A stretch of DNA of 58,054 nucleotides from Synechococcales cyanobacterium bin2.concoct.b11b12b14.033 (GCA_013298875.1 JAAFJH010000002.1:1-58054); one strand, 5' to 3'. Numbered from the stretch's first letter, positions 1 through 10,791 are shown. Made by a program: numbers and translations. Notes: generated from the letters alone by a model not told the origin.

Positions 1-702
1 TTTTTGTTTAATGGCTCGCAAGAAAATTTGTTGTCTTTGAATACGTCCAATATCGCCCAGATTATCGTGCCTAAAACGTAAAAAACCAACTGCTTGTTTG
101 CCAGTTAAAGTTTGAGTTCCCACTTTCAAATTAATGTCTAAGCCATCAGTTTTATCTTTGTAAACCATTCGTTTCGGAATATCTACTTCAATGCCGCCGG
201 CTTCATCAATAATTTTTTCAACGCCATGTGTATCAACTAAAATAAAATGGTCTATTTTTAAATCAAAAAGTCTTTCAACCGAATTTTTTAAGGCTTGCGG
301 TCCACCCAAAACATTGATTGAATTAATTTTATCCGGGCTTTTCCCATTAATAAAAACACGCGTATCTCGAGGTATATTTAAAGCAATTATTCTTTTTTTA
401 ACTGGATCAAATTTGAATAAAATAATTGTGTCTGTCCGTCCATGAAAAGTATTTTTGACTTTAACTGCATATCCATACTTACTTATTTTATATTCTTGAT
501 CAGTACCAGCTACCAGAATAATCATTGGTTTTTGCAGATTATAATTAAGCGGATTTTGAATGGTTAAATTATTTAAAGAGTTTTTATAATAATAATTAGA
601 ATAAGTAAATCCAAAGCTGATCAAAAGAGTAAAACTCAATAATATAAGCTTTATAATAAAAATTATTTTTCGTGGTTTTTTATCTTTGCTGGGTAAATTC
701 AT
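1..702 (-). CDS. LytR/CpsA/Psr (LCP) family envelope phosphotransferase, 3' end cut by window edge
   Basis: Absent from the ORF track because it runs off the window. Reverse-strand ATG at 702..700. My translation is MNLPSKDKKPRK-(TM)-...GRTDTIILFKFDP...IALNIPRDTRV...INSINVLGGPQALKNSVERLFDLKIDHFILVDTHGVEKIIDEAGGIEVDIP...LTGKQAVGFLRFRHDNLGDIGRIQRQQIFL. This shows the LCP hallmarks R-x-DT, PRD and RxR..D..R..RQQ. Confidence 0.75.
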   Translation of the reverse strand, partial: MNLPSKDKKPRKIIFIIKLILLSFTLLISFGFTYSNYYYKNSLNNLTIQNPLNYNLQKPMIILVAGTDQEYKISKYGYAVKVKNTFHGRTDTIILFKFDPVKKRIIALNIPRDTRVFINGKSPDKINSINVLGGPQALKNSVERLFDLKIDHFILVDTHGVEKIIDEAGGIEVDIPKRMVYKDKTDGLDINLKVGTQTLTGKQAVGFLRFRHDNLGDIGRIQRQQIFLRAIKQK

Positions 703-853
703 AAGCTCATTTTTAAAACATTCAATTTTTATTAATTTGGCAAAACCTGACTCATCTTACGGTTTAACTTTTAATGGAAATATTATAATTTTTTTATTCT
801 ATTTTTGAACATAATCAGTCATCTTTTAAAAAATTAGTGATTTTGACGACAGT

Positions 854-1648
854 TTAATTTAATTTCAAATTGGCTATATTTTTGCTTTTAATATTTAAAG
901 TATTTTGACTTAAACTATATTTTTGCAATACCGGTTTCAGGCTTGATAAAAGAGCCGCTCGTTCAAGTATTTCTCCATCCCAAGAACCCAAATTAATTTG
1001 CAAGCCATCTAAAATGATAAAATTATCGCTTTTTGAATTCAAAAACATTCCTTTTAATGGCTTTTCAGGCATTTGAGTATTAATCAAATAAATTAATTTC
1101 TGAATTATTTTGCCTTCTTTTTTCCAAAATTCATATTGATTGTCTTGAGCAAATATCACGGCATTTGAAGCAAATAATAATTCATTAAAATCGAGTTTTT
1201 CTGTATCTTCAATTAAATGTCCGGTTGAGGTTAAAAGCCAACCATTTCCAAAATAAACCCACGGTAATTCTTCCTGGACAATTATTTTCAAATTGGGCTC
1301 AGGCCATAAAATACTTTTTATTTCAACTTTATCAATTAAAGGTTCAAGCTTTTTAAGACTTTCTGTTAAGGCGGAACGATTCACAAAAAGCAACCAATGT
1401 TTTCTGTCGATGTGCAAATAAAGGTTTTTTCTAATTTTTTCTAATTGAACTTCATCCCTTAAGCCTTGCAAATCAATACGGGGAGCGGTTAAGGAACTTA
1501 TAATATAAAAATAAATTAAAAATCCATTCAAAGATATAAACAGCAAAAAAGCAATCAGTTTTTTTAATAAATTTCGCCTTTTTTTGTTTTTATGCTGTTT
1601 ACGCCTTTTTTGCCAAAGATCAATGATTTTATTTTTATCTTTTTCCAT
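854..1648 (-). CDS. FtsQ/DivIB-like cell-division protein (POTRA-type), tentative
   Basis: 264 aa with a Lys/Arg-rich N-terminus, a single TM (LIAFLLFISLNGFLIYFYII) and an extracytoplasmic alpha/beta region (VEIKSILWPEPNLKIIVQEELPWVY), as in FtsQ. GGAGGG Shine-Dalgarno 7 nt upstream on the minus strand. Assigned from architecture, not a strong motif. Confidence 0.45.
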   Translation of the reverse strand: MEKDKNKIIDLWQKRRKQHKNKKRRNLLKKLIAFLLFISLNGFLIYFYIISSLTAPRIDLQGLRDEVQLEKIRKNLYLHIDRKHWLLFVNRSALTESLKKLEPLIDKVEIKSILWPEPNLKIIVQEELPWVYFGNGWLLTSTGHLIEDTEKLDFNELLFASNAVIFAQDNQYEFWKKEGKIIQKLIYLINTQMPEKPLKGMFLNSKSDNFIILDGLQINLGSWDGEILERAALLSSLKPVLQKYSLSQNTLNIKSKNIANLKLN

Positions 1649-1691
1649 CTGAATCCCTCCGCCCTAGGGAGTTAGGAATGCTTCAAAGATT

Positions 1692-2756
<1,065 letters not shown>

Positions 2757-2868
2757 TCAACTTCCTTAAAATTTTTGAGACAATAATTGTATACGAGCAT
2801 AGCACTTTTGGCTCTAATTATTAAGGCTGAGTGGTTTTGTTTAATAATAAAATAAGATATTAAAGTTT

Positions 2869-3660
2869 TTAATCAATGCCTGCTGGTTCTTGCCCTAATT
2901 CTTCAGCTCTGCTTGAAGCAGCTTTAATGCTTTGAATTATTGATCCCCGGACACCATCTTTTTCCAAAACTTCAAGTCCAGCAACCGTCGTACCGGCTGG
3001 TGAGCTAACTAAAAATCTTAATTCGTCAAAGTGCAAGCCAGATTCAATTAATTCTAACGTTGTATTCACAGTTTCGAGGGCTAAAAATTTAGCGGTTTCA
3101 CTGGATAATCCGCCAGCTACGCCTCCCATCATTAAAGATTCTAAAATTAAAGAAACAAAAGCAGGACCACTTCCGGCTAAAGCTGTTACAGCATTAAAAT
3201 CTTTTTCTTTGAGTTCAATTGTTTTGCCTAAAGGTTCCAAAATTTCTTTGACACTTAATTTATGACTAGACTGAACATATGAATTAAAAGCAATGGCTAA
3301 AACACCCAAACCAAGCTTAACTCCAATATTAGGCATTACTCGACAAATTGGTTGCTTGGCTGGCAGAGCTTTAGCTAACTTGGACAAACTAACCCCAGCT
3401 GCCATCGAGACAACAACTGTATCGGGTTCAATTTTAATTCTTTGTAGGACTTCTACAATATTCCAGGGCTTTACAGCCAAAACCAAAACATCCACGCCCG
3501 ATAAATCTTCGAGAGCAGAGCTTTTCATATTAAACTGAGTAATACGCTCAGGATGATTATCGACAACCTTAATTAAATGCGGATCAGCTCCATTTGCAAT
3601 CCAACGAGTTAACATTGCAGAGCCTAAATTTCCACATCCAATCAATCCCATAAATGCCAT
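2869..3660 (-). CDS. proC: Pyrroline-5-carboxylate reductase
   Basis: 263 aa with GLIGCGNLGSAM Rossmann motif, VLAVKP, RVMPN, and the C-terminal SPAGTTVAGLEVLE signature of ProC. Confidence 0.9.
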   Translation of the reverse strand: MAFMGLIGCGNLGSAMLTRWIANGADPHLIKVVDNHPERITQFNMKSSALEDLSGVDVLVLAVKPWNIVEVLQRIKIEPDTVVVSMAAGVSLSKLAKALPAKQPICRVMPNIGVKLGLGVLAIAFNSYVQSSHKLSVKEILEPLGKTIELKEKDFNAVTALAGSGPAFVSLILESLMMGGVAGGLSSETAKFLALETVNTTLELIESGLHFDELRFLVSSPAGTTVAGLEVLEKDGVRGSIIQSIKAASSRAEELGQEPAGID

Positions 3661-3821
3661 AAATTTCTATTGCCGTCAGCTTTTAATAAGCCATTGTAAA
3701 CAGGTAAAATTTAAAAAGTCAAGCTATTAGCCTGATTATTAATATTGCTTCTTTAAAAATAAAGTAAAATTACATTTAATTCTGTGTTACTTATATTCTT
3801 CACTTTTATTAAATTAAAACT

Positions 3822-4925
3822 ATGAAATATTTTTTGAGCCTATTGATGTGTTTATCTGTTTTTTGCTTTGGTGCTTGTACTAAAAAAAGCCCGCCCAAAA
3901 AGTCTGCCAAACAAGAAATTAAAAAAATTATTATTAGCCCTGAAGATTTGCAAAAAATACAATTTACTAATTATACGCAATCATTTCCGGCTTTAGGCGA
4001 ATTAAAACCCATTAAAGAATCAATTGTAAATAGTGAAGTAAACGGTTTAGTTTTACAAGCCAGAATTGAAGAGGGTGACAGAGTGAAAGCTGGGCAATTA
4101 TTAGCTATTTTAGACAGCAAAGATTTAACTAATCAATTAAGGCAAAGCGAAGAAAATTTAAATAAAAAATTAGCGGAAAAAAAATTAGCGGAAATAACTT
4201 TTGGCAGAAAACAAATTTCATTAAAAGAAGACTTAATTTCTCAAGCTGAATTTGACGCCGCAGACACAGATTTAAAAATCAAGCAAAGAGAAGCAGAAAG
4301 TGCAAAACTACAAATTAAATTGAGCCGCTCGGAATTAAATAAAGCTAATATTAAATCGCCGATAAATGGCTTGGTGAGCAAAAAATATATTAAAAACGGT
4401 GAATTTGCCCAGCCAGGAAAACAATTATTTGAAATTATTAGTATTAATCCGCTTAAAGTTGAAATTTCGGTTCCAAGTCAATATTTAAACCAAATTAAAT
4501 TAGGCCAGGCTTTAGAAGTAAAAGTTGATTCTTTGCCAGACAAAATTTTTAAAGCTAAAATTATAAAAATTAACCCGCAAGCTGATCAAGAAACTCGTTC
4601 AATAGTTTTAATTGCACATATTAATAATTCAGACGAAGCTTTAAAAGCAGGTTTATCGGTAAACTGTTTAATTAAAATTGCTAATCCGCAACCAAGTATT
4701 ATAATCCCCAAAGAAGCAGTAGCTGAGAATGTTTCAGGAGAGAAATTTGTTTATGTTTTAACGGAAAATCGCCAAAGTTTAAAGCAAAAATTTATTAAAG
4801 CTAATCCAGTAGAAGGAGAAAGCACTTCTTATTTGGTAACTGAAGGCTTAAATGCTGGAGACATTATTGCAAAAGTGCCACTTGATAAAACTGATGAAGA
4901 GCTGAAAGTCGAAATTATGGAATAA
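3822..4925 (+). CDS. HlyD/MFP-family periplasmic efflux adaptor lipoprotein
   Basis: 367 aa with a lipobox-like signal (LSVFCFGAC). Also a lipoyl-like hairpin (GDRVKAGQLLAILD ... IKSPINGLVSKKYIKNGEF), a central coiled coil and a beta-barrel tail, typical of RND/ABC adaptors. Confidence 0.85.
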   Translation: MKYFLSLLMCLSVFCFGACTKKSPPKKSAKQEIKKIIISPEDLQKIQFTNYTQSFPALGELKPIKESIVNSEVNGLVLQARIEEGDRVKAGQLLAILDSKDLTNQLRQSEENLNKKLAEKKLAEITFGRKQISLKEDLISQAEFDAADTDLKIKQREAESAKLQIKLSRSELNKANIKSPINGLVSKKYIKNGEFAQPGKQLFEIISINPLKVEISVPSQYLNQIKLGQALEVKVDSLPDKIFKAKIIKINPQADQETRSIVLIAHINNSDEALKAGLSVNCLIKIANPQPSIIIPKEAVAENVSGEKFVYVLTENRQSLKQKFIKANPVEGESTSYLVTEGLNAGDIIAKVPLDKTDEELKVEIME

Positions 4926-4982
4926 AATTTAATTTGCTTCCCTATTAATCGTGCAAAGATTTAGAAAATAAATTTTTAATCC

Positions 4983-5310
4983 TAATTAACGTGAGTTCGA
5001 TAAAAATCAAAGTTTGAAATAATCAACAGAGAAAAAGTTATCGTTCTAAAGAATTTCACTTTAAAAGCCCCCTCCGCCCCCTTCAGGGGGAACTTAAGCA
5101 ATGTTAAGTTGTGTTTAAAGTGGGCTTGGTAAATAAAAAAATACGAAAACTTCCGCTGAAATGGATTTAGAGCTTTTGATTTTTGATACCTAAATTAATA
5201 GAAAGAGGAGTGGCTTAAAAAGACTTGGGAATTGACTTACAGAAAAAACTTGCATATCTTCTCCCAGAGATTTTTCTGTGTATTTTTATCCGTCGAACTC
5301 ACGTTAATTA
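4983..5310. repeat. ~330-bp element bounded by perfect 18-bp terminal inverted repeats (MITE-like, or long-stem RNA)
   Basis: TAATTAACGTGAGTTCGA at 4983..5000 is the exact reverse complement of TCGAACTCACGTTAATTA at 5293..5310. Pairing extends with ATAAAAA/TTTTTAT after a small bulge. The interior is non-coding and contains a GC hairpin CCCCC-TTCA-GGGGG (5077..5090). Confidence 0.5.
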
Positions 5311-5407
5311 ATAAAAGCCCTAAACAAAACTATTAAAGCCCTACTGGAAAGTTAGATTTTATTAATTTATAGGAATTTTTTATTATCGACTATTAAAGAA
5401 CAACTTT

Positions 5408-6646
5408 ATGCAAGCCAAGCTTTCAGTTTTAGGATTAATATTATTATTTGCTTGGCAATTGCCTTTTAAAGCTCTGTCTGCCAGCGTGAATAAAAGTAAT
5501 TTAAGTTCTCCAACAGTCTCAAAAACCCCTAAAGATATTTACCGTGATAATAAAGATTCAGTTTTATTAGTAATTGCAAATGAGAGTGATAATAAATTTT
5601 CGAGCGGTACTGGCTTTGCAATTGATAATGATGGTCATTTTTTAACGGCTGCACATGTAATTGAGAATGCTAAAGAAATAATTTTAGTAGACCGCCAAAA
5701 AAATGCTTATAAAGTTTATGAAGTTAATTGGGTTGATAAAGATTTAGATATAGCAATTTTGGATACTAAATTAATAAATTACTTTAAAGCTGTGCCACTT
5801 AAAACAAAGGCTGAAAGCGAAATCGGTGAAAATTTAACTATTATTTCTTATCCAAAAGGTAGTGAAATTGGGGGGATCGATAGTACTTTATCGCAAGGTC
5901 TTTTAAGTTCAGTGCGTAATAATTTTGTTTCTGAAAGGAGTAGTGATTTTTCGCCGGTTTATGATAAAGCTAATCCGAAAATTTACAAGTCAGTTAACTT
6001 TTATAAAAACTTGCAAAAAAACTGCGAGACAATCTCTGAGAAAGAAGATGAAGGTTTAAGATTAATGCGTTGTTCGGATGGTCATTTAGCTGTTTTGGAC
6101 AAAAAAAGAAATAATAGTGTTGTCTACGATAATTTTGATATTGCCTTTACCCTCGGGAATTTGGTTTATTACTATAATAATAAAAATAATAAATATTTAG
6201 AATCACATAAAACAATTGGTACTATGTTGCAATATACAACTCCCATTTCAACTGGTAGCAGCGGCGGGCCAATTTTTAATGAAAAAGGGGAAGTGATTGC
6301 AATTGTTAATTCTTATTTAGAAGACGCTCAGAATGTGAATTTTGGACGCCCAATTGACTATATACCAACTGAGTTTAAAAATAAAAATGCTTTAGCTATC
6401 AGAAATCCATTAAATTTAATTGCAAATGTAAAAACCGAAAAGCCAATTAGAAAAACCAATTGCTCTTTAAATTCAATACCTTTAAATGAAACGATGAAAA
6501 TTGCTAAATGTAGTGAAAATGAGTTTCAATTGATTGAAGAAAATAGCCTAAAAGGTAATAATTATGAAGATTTATTACTGCGTAAATTCTCAGTTTTGAC
6601 TAGTGACACAACCTTACTGCCTTCTATTAAAGATAATGAAAAATAA
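5408..6646 (+). CDS. Secreted trypsin-like (S1) serine protease
   Basis: 412 aa with a signal peptide (LGLILLFAWQLPFKALSA). Catalytic triad contexts are FLTAAHV (His), DIAIL (Asp) and TGSSGGPIF (Ser). A large insert sits between Asp and Ser. Confidence 0.85.
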   Translation: MQAKLSVLGLILLFAWQLPFKALSASVNKSNLSSPTVSKTPKDIYRDNKDSVLLVIANESDNKFSSGTGFAIDNDGHFLTAAHVIENAKEIILVDRQKNAYKVYEVNWVDKDLDIAILDTKLINYFKAVPLKTKAESEIGENLTIISYPKGSEIGGIDSTLSQGLLSSVRNNFVSERSSDFSPVYDKANPKIYKSVNFYKNLQKNCETISEKEDEGLRLMRCSDGHLAVLDKKRNNSVVYDNFDIAFTLGNLVYYYNNKNNKYLESHKTIGTMLQYTTPISTGSSGGPIFNEKGEVIAIVNSYLEDAQNVNFGRPIDYIPTEFKNKNALAIRNPLNLIANVKTEKPIRKTNCSLNSIPLNETMKIAKCSENEFQLIEENSLKGNNYEDLLLRKFSVLTSDTTLLPSIKDNEK

Positions 6647-6655
6647 CTTTAGGAT

Positions 6656-7315
6656 ATGAAATTAGTACAAATATTAGCTTTAGCTTTACAAATTCCACGA
6701 CGTAAAACAATTGATTTATTAACTCAGCAAAAAGTTAAAGTTAATAATATAATCACCGAGCAATTTAGCTTTATTGTTAGCCACACTGATTTAATTGAAG
6801 TTGAGCAAGATCATAAAAAATTACAATTTAAAGCGGCGGATTTTTTAAATTTACCAAAAAATTATTTTGCTTTCTATAAACCGAAAGGCATTATTACTTC
6901 GATTAAAGGCTTAAATTATTATCTAAACAAAATTAATATTCCTAATTTAAAACCAGTAGGCCGATTAGACCAAGAATCGGAAGGCTTATTGCTTTTAAGT
7001 GACGATGGAGATTTTATTCTGAAATTTACTCATCCACAATTTCACGTTTCCAAAAAATATTTAGTGGTGCTGGAAGGCCTGAAGGAGGAAAAGCAATTAG
7101 ATTTTTTGAATAGTTTTTTTGATTTGCAAGTTAAATCAGCCAATACCGTCGAAATAGAGCTAAAAGAAGGAAAGAATCGGCACATCCGGAGAGCTTGTTC
7201 TCAGGCAGGGCTTTTTGTCAAACGTATTTTAAGAATATCGATCGGAGGGGTACAATTAAATAATCTGAAAGTCGGTGAATGGACTAAAATCAATCCTAGA
7301 GGGTTATTAATATGA
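6656..7315 (+). CDS. Pseudouridine synthase, RsuA/RluB/RluF family
   Basis: 219 aa with an S4-like N-terminus, the catalytic GRLDQESEGLLLLSDDG motif, KKYLVVLEG and EGKNRHIRR. Confidence 0.85.
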   Translation: MKLVQILALALQIPRRKTIDLLTQQKVKVNNIITEQFSFIVSHTDLIEVEQDHKKLQFKAADFLNLPKNYFAFYKPKGIITSIKGLNYYLNKINIPNLKPVGRLDQESEGLLLLSDDGDFILKFTHPQFHVSKKYLVVLEGLKEEKQLDFLNSFFDLQVKSANTVEIELKEGKNRHIRRACSQAGLFVKRILRISIGGVQLNNLKVGEWTKINPRGLLI

Positions 7316-7701
7316 AGCCAATACCAATTAAATCACCTAAAAGAAAAAAAAGTAAAATTAGCTTTAAGCTTTTATTGCTTGTTTTATTGGTTGGTGGAGC
7401 TTTATACTTTATATTCCAAAAGAAAGATTCACTTCATGTATCATTGGACAAGCAGTGCAAAGCTTTTAAATTAGTTGCCACCCAAAAGTCTGAGTTGAAA
7501 ATCCGCTCTCAATCTTTAAACAACTATATTATCGATAAAACAATATTTGCCGGTGAAGAAATTCAGTTTGGCGATTCTAAAGGCGTAGAAATTGAATTAA
7601 AGCCGCTTAAATCTGCTATTTTAATTTATGGAAATAAAGAATTAAACTGGAATCAATTAGCCCAATCAGATAAAAATTTTTTTTCTTTTAAATGTTATTA
7701 A
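7312..7701 (+). CDS. Hypothetical membrane-anchored protein
   Basis: 129 aa. The ATGA overlap with the upstream gene suggests translational coupling. Basic N-terminus plus one TM (LLLLVLLVGGALYFIF). No recognisable motif. Confidence 0.5.
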   Translation: MKPIPIKSPKRKKSKISFKLLLLVLLVGGALYFIFQKKDSLHVSLDKQCKAFKLVATQKSELKIRSQSLNNYIIDKTIFAGEEIQFGDSKGVEIELKPLKSAILIYGNKELNWNQLAQSDKNFFSFKCY

Positions 7702-8096
7702 TTTAAGCTTTCTCTCTGCCTAAGGCTATAAATCCAATATATCAGAACAAATTGTAAAGGCAAACGGATAATTGTAATCCAAAGTAATACTTCATTTTTA
7801 TTATTATAAGCATCAATGATCATTTGAATGTGAATTGGCAAAAACGCTATTAACATAGCCATAATCAGCCAAATCGCCCATATACGAAATTTTGTAGACA
7901 ATAAAAAAAGTGCTAATAAAATTTCCGCTATTCCGCTTATATACACTAAATTTTTGGGAAAAGGCAAATATGAAGGTATTAATTTAATATAAAAATTTGT
8001 ATTCAAAAAATGATTAATACCCGCCAGTAAGTATAAAAAAGTTTGCAAGTATAAAGATATTTTATATTTCATTTTAATTACCAATAGTAAATGCAC
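7698..8096 (-). CDS. Small integral membrane protein (DoxX-like, 4 TM)
   Basis: 132 aa with four hydrophobic segments. The pattern LLAGINHF...P.FY...ISGIAEILLALFLL resembles DoxX/COG4270-type proteins. The real start may be the internal MKYK. Confidence 0.5.
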   Translation of the reverse strand: MHLLLVIKMKYKISLYLQTFLYLLAGINHFLNTNFYIKLIPSYLPFPKNLVYISGIAEILLALFLLSTKFRIWAIWLIMAMLIAFLPIHIQMIIDAYNNKNEVLLWITIIRLPLQFVLIYWIYSLRQRESLN

Positions 8097-8211
8097 AGAC
8101 AGCTTCTAAGCTTTATAATATTCTTTTTAAATGGATAAAATTAATCTGATTTTAACCTAGAATAGAAAAGATAAATGAATAAAGAAAATAAATTACTTAG
8201 TATATTCCAAA

Positions 8212-9363
8212 ATGAAAAAAATAAGTTTTGTATTTGGCACAAGGCCAGAATTAATAAAAGTAGCTCCATTAATAAAAGCTTGTCAGAAACACGTTGATAT
8301 TTTCAATTTGAATTTAATCTCGACTGGACAGCATAAAGAGCTTTTAAATAATTTATATAAATGGTTTGATTTTGAAGCGAATATTAATTTAGAAATTATG
8401 CAGTTTAATCAGTCACCTAGCCAGGTAATTGCTAATATTTTACAAAAACTTGATGAAGCAATTAAAGATAGTGATTTGATTATTGTGCAAGGTGATACTG
8501 CTACTGCTTATACTGGGGCGATGGCTGGCTTTTTGCATAAAATACCAATTGCTCATTTGGAAGCTGGTTTAAGAACTAATAATATTTACAATCCTTTCCC
8601 GGAAGAAATGCTGCGTCGGCAAATTAGCCAAATTGCTTGTTTAAACTTTGCTCCCACCGAAACAGCTGCCCAAAACTTAAAACAAGAAAATATAAAAGAA
8701 AATGTTTTTGTGGTTGGAAATACAGTTATTGACTCACTGAAAGATACGATTGATAAATTAGATAATTTAGAAAAAAACAATCAACTAACTGAATTTATAA
8801 ACTTACCTTTTGAATTGAAGGAATTAGAGCAAAAGAAAAAACTAATTTTAATTACAATGCACCGTCGAGAAAGCCTTGGAGAAGAACATAAACAAGTAGC
8901 AAGAGCTTTAAAAAGAGTTAGCCAAGAGCATACAAATTTATTATTAATTTTTCCGATACATCCGAATCCATCAGTTAGAGAAGCAATTGAGCCAATTTTA
9001 CAAAACTGCCCAAATATCAAATTAATTGAGCCTTTGGATTATATAACTTTTTGTTTTGTGCTAAAAAAAGCCCATATTTTAATTACTGATTCGGGTGGTT
9101 TGCAAGAAGAAGGCTGTAGCTTAGGAAAGCCAACTTTAATTTTGCGGAAAACCACTGAAAGACCTGAAGCCATTGAAGCTGGTAATGCCAAATTAGTTGG
9201 TACCAATGAAGAAGACGTTTATATTAATTTTAGTGCTTTGCTAAAAGACAAGGAATTATATAGTCAAATGTCTAAACCCAGTAATACTTTTGGCAATGGC
9301 AATTCGGCCGAATTAATACTTAATGAAATAAAAAAGTTTTTCAGCAATAATCTAACTATTTGA
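8212..9363 (+). CDS. wecB: UDP-N-acetylglucosamine 2-epimerase (non-hydrolysing)
   Basis: 383 aa with FGTRPELIKVAPLI, VQGDTATA, HLEAGLRT, TDSGGLQEE and the TERPEAIEAGNAKLVG motifs. Confidence 0.93.
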   Translation: MKKISFVFGTRPELIKVAPLIKACQKHVDIFNLNLISTGQHKELLNNLYKWFDFEANINLEIMQFNQSPSQVIANILQKLDEAIKDSDLIIVQGDTATAYTGAMAGFLHKIPIAHLEAGLRTNNIYNPFPEEMLRRQISQIACLNFAPTETAAQNLKQENIKENVFVVGNTVIDSLKDTIDKLDNLEKNNQLTEFINLPFELKELEQKKKLILITMHRRESLGEEHKQVARALKRVSQEHTNLLLIFPIHPNPSVREAIEPILQNCPNIKLIEPLDYITFCFVLKKAHILITDSGGLQEEGCSLGKPTLILRKTTERPEAIEAGNAKLVGTNEEDVYINFSALLKDKELYSQMSKPSNTFGNGNSAELILNEIKKFFSNNLTI

Positions 9364-10680
9364 GTTTGTATTGCCAGCTAATTTTAAATATTCCAAGGTA
9401 CTCCAAACTCCCCAGCCAGTTGGACCAATTTCATACTCATCACTTTTCTCGTCTAAATAAGCAACTCCAGCAATATCTAAATGAAGCCAAGGTTTTTTCT
9501 CCATAATAAATTCCTGCAAAAATAAAGCGGCTAAACTGGCATCTGGGCGGCCAGCACATTGTAATAAATCGGCACAAGAACTTTCGAGGTCAGTTTTATA
9601 TTCTTCATACATTGGTAATTCCCAAATCTCTTCACCGACTGAAGCAGAAGCCAAGCCAAATTCCTTTAAAAAAAAATTATTATTAGTAAAAGCTCCGGCG
9701 GCTTTATCGCCCAAAGCGGCTGCACAAGAACCAGTTAGAGTAGCATAATCAATAATTTTATTAATTTCTTTTTGCCGACTCAAATAAGTTAGGGCATCAG
9801 CTAAAACTAAGCGTCCTTCGGCGTCGGTATCAACAATTTCAACCGTTTTTCCGCTTAAGGTTTTAATAATATCGCCGGGTCTAAAAGAATTTTCGTCAAA
9901 AGAATTTTCACAAGCCAAAATTAAACCCTTCGCTGAAATTGGCCACTTTAATTCGGACAAAGCCTTAAAAATGCCCATAATAACAGCTGCACCGGACATA
10001 TCACTTTTCATGCCGTACATGTATTTGTTTGGCTTCAAGCTTAGGCCGCCAGTATCATAAGTTAAACCTTTACCAATTAAACCAATATATTTCTCTGAAT
10101 TAGAATTATTATAAGTAAATTCAATCAGTTGGGGCTTGGCTGCAGCCGCTCGAGAAACCGCTAAAAAAGTATTTAAGCCCAAAGCTTCGCATTCTGCTGA
10201 ATTTAAAATTTTGACTTTTAAGTTTTTAGTGCTTAATTTCTGAGCTGCTTCCGCTAAAGCCTGCGGAGTCATAATATTAGCTGGTTCATTGATTAAATCT
10301 TTACTAAAATTAATTGAGTTTAAAATAATTTGCTGCTCAGAATTTAATTTGGTTTTAAGTTGGCTAAAATCTGCGGTAGGAAACTTGTTTGAGCTATATT
10401 TATTAAAGACATAATTAACTTCCTGAAAACCAGTAATAATAAAATCAGGTGAAAACTTAGCTTCCAGACTTTTTAAATCAATTGATTGAATAATAGCTTT
10501 CTGATAACGCAAAAATTGCATAGCTTTGTGAATTGCTCGTCGGACACGATTATGAGTTAATTTTCTTAGATTGCCCAAGCCAATTTCCAATTGTAATAAT
10601 TTAGTTGAGTCTGATTTAATATCAATTTTTAATTCTCCAAAAGCCTTTTCGGTTGAGAAGTTTAAATGCCAATTAGCCAA
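9352..10680 (-). CDS. pepA: Leucyl aminopeptidase (M17)
   Basis: 442 aa with GKGLTYDTGGLSLKP, MKSDMSGAA and VDTDAEGRLVLADAL (the NTDAEGRL signature). Confidence 0.92.
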   Translation of the reverse strand: MANWHLNFSTEKAFGELKIDIKSDSTKLLQLEIGLGNLRKLTHNRVRRAIHKAMQFLRYQKAIIQSIDLKSLEAKFSPDFIITGFQEVNYVFNKYSSNKFPTADFSQLKTKLNSEQQIILNSINFSKDLINEPANIMTPQALAEAAQKLSTKNLKVKILNSAECEALGLNTFLAVSRAAAAKPQLIEFTYNNSNSEKYIGLIGKGLTYDTGGLSLKPNKYMYGMKSDMSGAAVIMGIFKALSELKWPISAKGLILACENSFDENSFRPGDIIKTLSGKTVEIVDTDAEGRLVLADALTYLSRQKEINKIIDYATLTGSCAAALGDKAAGAFTNNNFFLKEFGLASASVGEEIWELPMYEEYKTDLESSCADLLQCAGRPDASLAALFLQEFIMEKKPWLHLDIAGVAYLDEKSDEYEIGPTGWGVWSTLEYLKLAGNTNSNS

Positions 10681-10791
10681 TTTTTATTTTCCAGTTTTCG
10701 TTTTTATAATTATACTTTTAAGCAGATATTAATCAATTAAATTCAAAACAAATTACTATAAGCTTCTAGTGAGATTTTTTCTGTTAATAAT

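Noticed and set aside
191-445. 84-aa plus-strand ORF at the window start, together with the many other 60-110-aa antisense ORFs in the track (2290, 3293, 8586, 8781, 15631, 18476, 18484, 21700, 22150, 23710, 23956, 24149, 27894, 33361, 34000, 34320, 35927, 40393, 41496, 41956, 42581, 44520, 48027, 48143, 53770, 56353, 57683)
   Set aside because: Each is nested in, or largely overlaps, a well-supported gene on the other strand or in another frame. ORF 191..445 lies inside the LCP-family gene I translated on the minus strand. None has a recognisable motif.
4991-5000. T-loop-like GAGTTCGA inside the inverted repeat as a sign of a tRNA or tmRNA gene
   Set aside because: No complementary T-stem, acceptor stem or anticodon arm can be built around it, and the same octamer is simply mirrored in the other repeat arm. 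I found no tRNA cloverleaf in any intergenic region of the window.
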